This document shows, piece after piece, positions 57,391-64,000 of a stretch of 64,000 nt of DNA; position 1 is the first letter of the stretch, and every line of letters starts with the position of its first letter. The notes under the pieces are model-generated. The model saw only the letters and a program-made list of their open reading frames with translations. It searched no databases and was not told the DNA's origin. Source of the stretch: the human T2T-CHM13v2.0 reference genome, Homo sapiens; NCBI RefSeq assembly GCF_009914755.1, contig NC_060925.1; one strand, given 5' to 3'. A program made the position numbers and the translations under genes.

Positions 57391-57773
57391 GAATGGAATC
57401 AATATCAAACGGAAAAAAACAGAATTATCGTATGGAATCGAAGAGAATCATCGAATGGACCCGAATGGAATCATCTAATGGAATGGAATGGAATAATCCA
57501 TGGACTCGAATGCAATCATCATCGAATGGAATCGAATGGAATCATCGAATGGACTCGAATGGAATAATCATTGAACGGAATCGAATGGAATCATCATCGG
57601 ATGGAAATGAATGGAATCATCATCGAATGGAATCGAATAGAATTATGGAATGAAATCCAGTGTGATCATCATCGAATGGACCCGAATGGAATCATCATCC
57701 AACGGAAGCTAATGGAATCAACATCGAATGAATCGAATGGAAACACCATCGAATTGAAACGAATGGAATTATC

Positions 57774-59251
57774 ATGAAATTGAAATGGATGGACTCATCA
57801 TCGAATGGATTCGAATGGAATCATCGAATAAAATTGATTGAAATCATCATCAAATGGAATCGAATGGAATCATTGAATGGAATCGAATTGAATCACCATA
57901 GAATGGAATCGAATAGATTCATTGAATGGAATCAGACGGAATCATCAAATGGACTTGAATGGAATCATTGAATGGACTGGAATGGAATCATTATTGAATG
58001 GAATCGAATGGAATCATCGAATGGACTCGAATGGAATAATCATTGAACGGAATCGAATGGAATCATCATCAGATGGAAATGAATGGAATCGTCATAGAAT
58101 GGAATCGAATGGATTCATTGAATGGAATCAGATGGAATCATTGAATGGACTGGAATGGAATCATTGAATGGACTCGAAAGGGATCATTATTGAATGGAAT
58201 TTAATGGAATCATCGAATGCTCTCGATTGGAATCATTATCAAATGGAATCGAATGGAATCACCGAATAGAATCGAATGGAACAATCATCGAACGGACTCA
58301 AATGGAATTATCCTCCAATGGAATCGAATGGAATGATCGAATGCAATCGAATGGAATTATCGAATGCAATCGAATAGAATCTTCGAATGGACTCGAATGG
58401 AATCATCGAATGGAATGGAATGGAACAGTCAATGAACTCGAATGGAATCATCATTGAATGGAATCGAATGGAATCATCGAGTGGAATCGAAAGGAATTAT
58501 GACCAAATGGAATCGAATGTAATCATCATCAAATGGAATCAAAAATAACCATCATCAATTGGTATTGAATGGAATTGTCATCAAATGGAATTCAAAGGAA
58601 TCATCATCAAATGGAACCGAATGGAATCCTCATTGAATGGAAATGAAAGGGGTCATCATCTAATGGAATCCCATGGAATCATCATCAAATGGAATCGAAT
58701 GGAATCATCATCAAATGGAATCTAATGGAATCATTGAAAAGAATTGAATGGAATCGTCATCGAATGAATTGAATGCAATCATCGAATGGTCTCGAATGGA
58801 ATCATCTTCTAATGGAAAGGAATGGAATCATCGCATAGAATCGAATGGAATTATCATCGAATGGAATCGAATGGTATCAACACCAAACGGAAAAAAACGG
58901 AATTATCGAATGGAATCGAAGAGAATCTTCGAACGGACCCGAATGGAATCATCTAATGGAATGGAATGGAATAATCCATGGACTCGAATGCAATCATCAT
59001 CGAATGGAATCGAATGGAATCATCGAATGGACTCGAATGGAATAATCATTGAACGGAATCGAATGGAATCATCATCGGATGGAAATGAATGGAATCATCA
59101 TCGAATGGAATCGAATAGAATTATGGAATGAAATGCAGTGTGATCATCATCGAATGGACCCGAATGGAATCATCATACAACGGAAGCTAATGGAATCAAC
59201 ATCGAATGAATCAAATGGAAACACCATCGAATTGAAACGAATGGAATTATC
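57774..59251 (+). repeat. Aberrant 1,478-bp unit: single module plus ~170-bp diverged HSat2 insert
   Basis: Landmark to first module is 974 bp (804+170). There is one module start (58748), then 504 bp to the next landmark at 59252. Confidence 0.85.
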
Positions 59252-62200
59252 ATGAAATTGAAATGGATGGACTCATCATCGAATGGATTCGAATGGAATC
59301 ATCGAATAAAATTGATTGAAATCATCGAATGGAATCGAATGGTATCATTGAATGGAATCGAATGGAATCATCATCAGATGGAAATGAATGGAATCGTCAT
59401 AGAATGGAATCGAATGGATTCATTGAATGGAATCAGATGGAATCATCGAATGGACTGGAATGGAATCATTGAATGGACTCGAAAGGGATCATTATTGAAT
59501 GGAATTGAATGGAATCATCGAATGGTCTCGATTGGAATCATTATCAAATGGAATCGAATGGAATCACCGAATAGAATCGAATGGAACCATCATCAAATGG
59601 ACTCAAATGGAATTATCCTCAAATGGAATCGAATGGAATTATCGAATGCAATCGAATGGAATTATCGAATGCAATCGAATAGAATCATCGAATGGACTCG
59701 AATGGAATCATCGAATGGAATGGAATGGAACAGTCAATGAACTCGAATGGAATCATCATTGAATGGAATCGAATGGAATCATCGAGTGGAATCGAATGGA
59801 ATTATGATCAAATGGAATCGAATGTAATCATCATCCAATGGAATCAAAAATAACCATCATCAATTGGTATTGAATGGAATTGTCATCAAATGGAATTCAA
59901 AGGAATCATCATCAAATGGAACCGAAAGGAATCCTCATTGAATGGAAATGAAAGGGGTCATCATCTAATGGAATCGCATGGAATCATCATCAAATGGAAT
60001 CGAATGGAATCATCATCAAATGGAATCTAATGGAATCATTGAACAGAATTGAATGGAATCGTCATCTAATGAATTGAATGCAATCATCGAATGGTCTCGA
60101 ATGGAATCATCTTCTAATGGAAAGGAATGGAATCATCGCATATAATCGAATGGAATTATCATCGAATGGAATCGAATGGTATCAACATCAAACGGAAAAA
60201 AACGGAATTATCGAATGGAATCGAAGAGAATCTTCGAACGGACCCGAATGGAATCATCTAATGGAATGGAATGGAATAATCCATGGACTCGAATGCAATC
60301 ATCATCAAATGGAATCGAATGGAATCATCGAATGGACTCGAATGGAATAATCATTGAACGGAATCGAATGGAATCATCATCGGATGGAAACGAATGGAAT
60401 CATCATCGAATGGAAATGAAAGGAGTCATCATCTAATGGAATTGCATGGAATCATCATAAAATGGAATCGAATGGAATCAACATCAAATGGAATCAAATG
60501 GAATCATTGAACGGAATTGAATGGAATCGTCATCGAATGAATTGACTGCAATCATCGAATGGTCTCGAATGGAATCATCTTCAAATGGAATGGAATGGAA
60601 TCATCGCATAGAATCGAATGGAATTATCATCGAATGGAATCGAATGGAATCAACATCAAACGGAAAAAAACGGAATTATCGAATGGAATCGAAGAGAATC
60701 ATCGAATGGACCCGAATGGAATCATCTAATGGAATGGAATGGAATAATCCATGGACTCGAATGCAATCATCATCGAATGGAATCGAATGAAATCATCGAA
60801 TGGACTCGAATGGAATAATCATTGAACGGAATCGAATGGAATCATCATCGGATGGAAATGAATGGAATCATCATCGAATGGAATCGAATAGAATTATGGA
60901 ATGAAATCCAGTGTGATCATCATCGAATGGACCCGAATGGAATCATCATCCAACGGAAGCTAATGGAATCAACATCGAATGAATCAAATGGAAACACCAT
61001 CGAATTGAAACGAATGGAATTATCATGAAATTGAAATGGATGGACTCATCATCGAATGGATTCGAATGGAATCATCGAATAAAATTGATTGAAATCATCA
61101 TCGAATGGAATCGAATGGTATCATTGAATGGAATCGAATGGAATCATCATCAGATGGAAATGAATGGAATCGTCATAGAATGGAATCGAATGGATTCATT
61201 GAATGGAATCAGATGGAATCATCGAATGGACTGGAATGGAATCATTGAATGGACTCGAAAGGGATCATGATTGAATGGAATTGAATGGAATCATCGAATG
61301 GTCTCGATTGGAATCATTATCAAATGGAATCGAATGGAATCACCGAATAGAATCGAATGGAACAATCATCGAATGGACTCAAATGGAATTATCCTCCAAT
61401 GGAATCGAATGGAATTATCGAATGCAATCGAATGGAATTATCGAATGCAATCGAATAGAATCATCGAATGGACTCGAATGGAATCATCGAATGGAATGGA
61501 ATGGAACAGTCAATGAACTCGAATGGAATCATCATTGAATGGAATCGAATGGAATCATCGAGTGGAATCGAATGGAATTATGATCAAATGGAATCGAATG
61601 TAATCATCATCAAATGGAATCAAAAATAACCATCATCAATTGGTATTGAATGGAATTGTCATCAAATGGAATTCAAAGGAATCATCATCAAATGGAACCG
61701 AATGGAATCCTCATTGAATGGAAATGAAAGGGGTCATCATCTAATGGAATCGCATGGAATCATCATGAAATGGAATCGAATGGAATCATCATCAAATGGA
61801 ATCTAATGGAATCATTGAACAGAATTGAATGGAATCGTCATCGAATGAATTGAATGCAATCATCGAATGGTCTCGAATGGAATCATCTTCTAATGGAAAG
61901 GAATGGAATCATCGCATAGAATCGAATGGAATTATCATCGAATGGAATCGAATGGTATCAACATCAAACGGAAAAAAACGGAATTATCGAATGGAATCGA
62001 AGAGAATCTTCGAACGGACCCGAATGGAATCATCTAATGGAATGGAATGGAATAATCCATGGACTCGAATGCAATCATCATCAAATGGAATCGAATGGAA
62101 TCATCGAATGGACTCGAATGGAATAATCATTGAACGGAATCGAACGGAATCATCATCGGATGGAAACGAATGGAATCATCATCGAATGGAAATGAAAGGG

Positions 62201-62368
62201 GTCATCATCTAATGGAATTGCATGGAATCATCATAAAATGGAATCGAATGGAATCAACATCAAATGGAATCAAATGGAATCATTGAACGGAATTGAATGG
62301 AATCGTCATCGAATGAATTGACTGCAATCATCGAATGGTCTCGAATGGAATCATCTTCAAATGGAATG

Positions 62369-62466
62369 GAATGGAATCATCGCATAGAATCGAATGGAAT
62401 TATCATCGAATGGAATCGAATGGAATCATCGCATAGAATCGAATGGAATTATCATCGAATGGAATC
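62369..62466 (+). repeat. Second copy of the 49-bp tandem duplication
   Basis: Same duplication and flanking variants (CAATATCAAACGGAAAAAAACAGAATTATCGTATGG) at +5076. Confidence 0.9.
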
Positions 62467-64000
62467 GAATGGAATCAATATCAAACGGAAAAAAACAGAA
62501 TTATCGTATGGAATCGAAGAGAATCATCGAATGGACCCGAATGGAATCATCTAATGGAATGGAATGGAATAATCCATGGACTCGAATGCAATCATCATTG
62601 AATGGAATCGAATGGAATCATCGAATGGACTCGAATGGAATAATCATTGAACGGAATCGAATAGAATCATCATCGGATGGAAATGAATGGAATCATCATC
62701 GAATGGAATCGAATAGAATTATGGAATGAAATCCAGTGTGATCATCATAGAATGGACCCGAATGGAATCATCATCCAACGGAAGCTAATGGAATCAACAT
62801 CGAATGAATCGAATGGAAACACCATCGAATTGAAACGAATGGAATTATCATGAAATTGAAATGGATGGACTCATCATCGAATGGATTCGAATGGAATCAT
62901 CGAATAAAATTGATTGAAATCATCATCAAATGGAATCGAATGGTATCATTGAATGGAATCGAATGGAATCATCATCAGATGGAAATGAATGGAATCGTCA
63001 TAGAATGGAATCGAATGGATTCATTGAATGGAATCAGATGGAATCATCGAATGGACTGGAATGGAATCATTGAATGGACTCGAAAGGGATCATGATTGAA
63101 TGGAATTGAATGGAATCATCGAATGGTCTCGATTGGAATCATTATCAAATGGAATCGAATGGAATCATCGAATAGAATCAAATGGAACAATCATCGAATG
63201 GAATCAAATGGAATTATCCTCAAATGGAATCGAATGGAATTATCGAATGCAATCGAATGGAATTATCGAATGCAATCGAATAGAATCATCGAATGGACTC
63301 GAATGGAATCATCGAATGGAATGGAATGGAACAGTCAATGAACTCGAATGGAATCATCATTGAATGGAATCGAATGGAATCATCGAGTGGAATCGAATGG
63401 AATTATGATCAAATGGAATCGAATGTAATCATCATCAAATGGAATCAAAAATAACCATCATCAATTGGTATTGAATGGAATTGTCATCAAATGGAATTCA
63501 AAGGAATCATCATCAAATGGAACCGAATGGAATCCTCATTGAATGGAAATGAAAGGGGTCATCATCTAATGGAATCGCATGGAATCATCATCAAATGGAA
63601 TCGAATGGAATCATCATCAAATGGAATCTAATGGAATCATTGAACAGAATTGAATGGAATCGTCATCGAATGAATTGAATGCAATCATCGAATGGTCTCG
63701 AATGGAATCATCTTCTAATGGAAAGGAATGGAATCATCGCATAGAATCGAATGGAATTATCATCGAATGGAATCGAATGGTATCAACACCAAACGGAAAA
63801 AAACGGAATTATCGAATGGAATCGAAGAGAATCTTCGAACGGACCCGAATGGAATCATCTAATGGAATGGAATGGAATAATCCATGGACTCGAATGCAAT
63901 CATCATCGAATGGAATCGAATGGAATCATCGAATGGACTCGAATGGAATAATCATTGAACGGAATCGAATGGAATCATCATCGGATGGAAACGAATGGAA

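Larger units (their letters stand above)
1..64000 (+). repeat. Human Satellite II (HSATII/HSat2) pericentromeric array, GGAAT strand, probably the chr1q12 ~1.77-kb family
   Basis: Continuous diverged (GGAAT)n with the HSat2-typical motif GAATGGAATCATCATCGAATGGAATC (reverse complement contains CATTCGATTC). TCGA sites are dense and pure GGAAT runs are short, unlike HSat3. The minimal common unit is 1,772-1,786 bp with one GAATTC per unit. Family call is high confidence; chromosome assignment is inferred from the known 1.77-kb EcoRI unit. Confidence 0.97.

Noticed and set aside
1-64000. CRISPR-like or other repeat-spacer array
   Set aside because: There are no unique spacers. Sequences between motifs are themselves satellite and recur in every unit, and there are no cas-like ORFs.
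1-64000. HSat3 or alpha satellite/centromere core
   Set aside because: There are no long pure (GGAAT)n tracts, no 171-bp monomer and no CENP-B box seen. The CATCATCGAATGGAATCGAATGG pattern is HSat2.
1-64000. Alu/L1 or other mobile element insertion, or an inversion breakpoint
   Set aside because: I saw no non-satellite sequence, poly(A) tail, target-site duplication or switch to CATTC orientation. Landmark spacings are fully explained by modules and small indels.
1-64000. All ORFs being on the + strand as a sign of coding polarity
   Set aside because: This is explained by composition: GAATGG supplies abundant ATG on +, while ATCATC gives frequent TGA stops on the minus strand.

Overview
The whole 64 kb is one uninterrupted, single-orientation human/hominid Satellite II (HSATII/HSat2) array, read on the GGAAT strand. 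I saw no gene, RNA gene, transposon insertion or inversion, and all ORF-track entries are artefacts of translating (GAATG/GAATC/CATC)n. The basic unit is about 1,776 bp with one EcoRI site, which best fits the chr1q12 1.77-kb HSat2 family (pUC1.77/D1Z1-like); this assignment comes from prior knowledge, not a search. The interest lies in the architecture. A once-per-unit landmark (TTATCATGAAATTGAAATGGATGG, 30 copies) shows that unit length = 1,308 + 468 x (n-1) bp, where an internal 468-bp module is present in n = 1-6 tandem copies. The left half (~1-31.5 kb) is a young higher-order layer with unit string P Q R P Q R S T P' P R S T P R, including a near-perfect 6,284-bp tandem duplication and ~8.5, ~10.26 and 18.8 kb periods. 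The middle (~31.5-51.4 kb) is an older, mosaic zone rich in module expansions and deletions. The right end (~51.4-64 kb) shifts to a different variant set and contains one aberrant unit with a 170-bp diverged insert. All offsets were derived by eye from landmark and ORF coordinates, not by alignment. I found no evidence for a new protein- or RNA-coding system.
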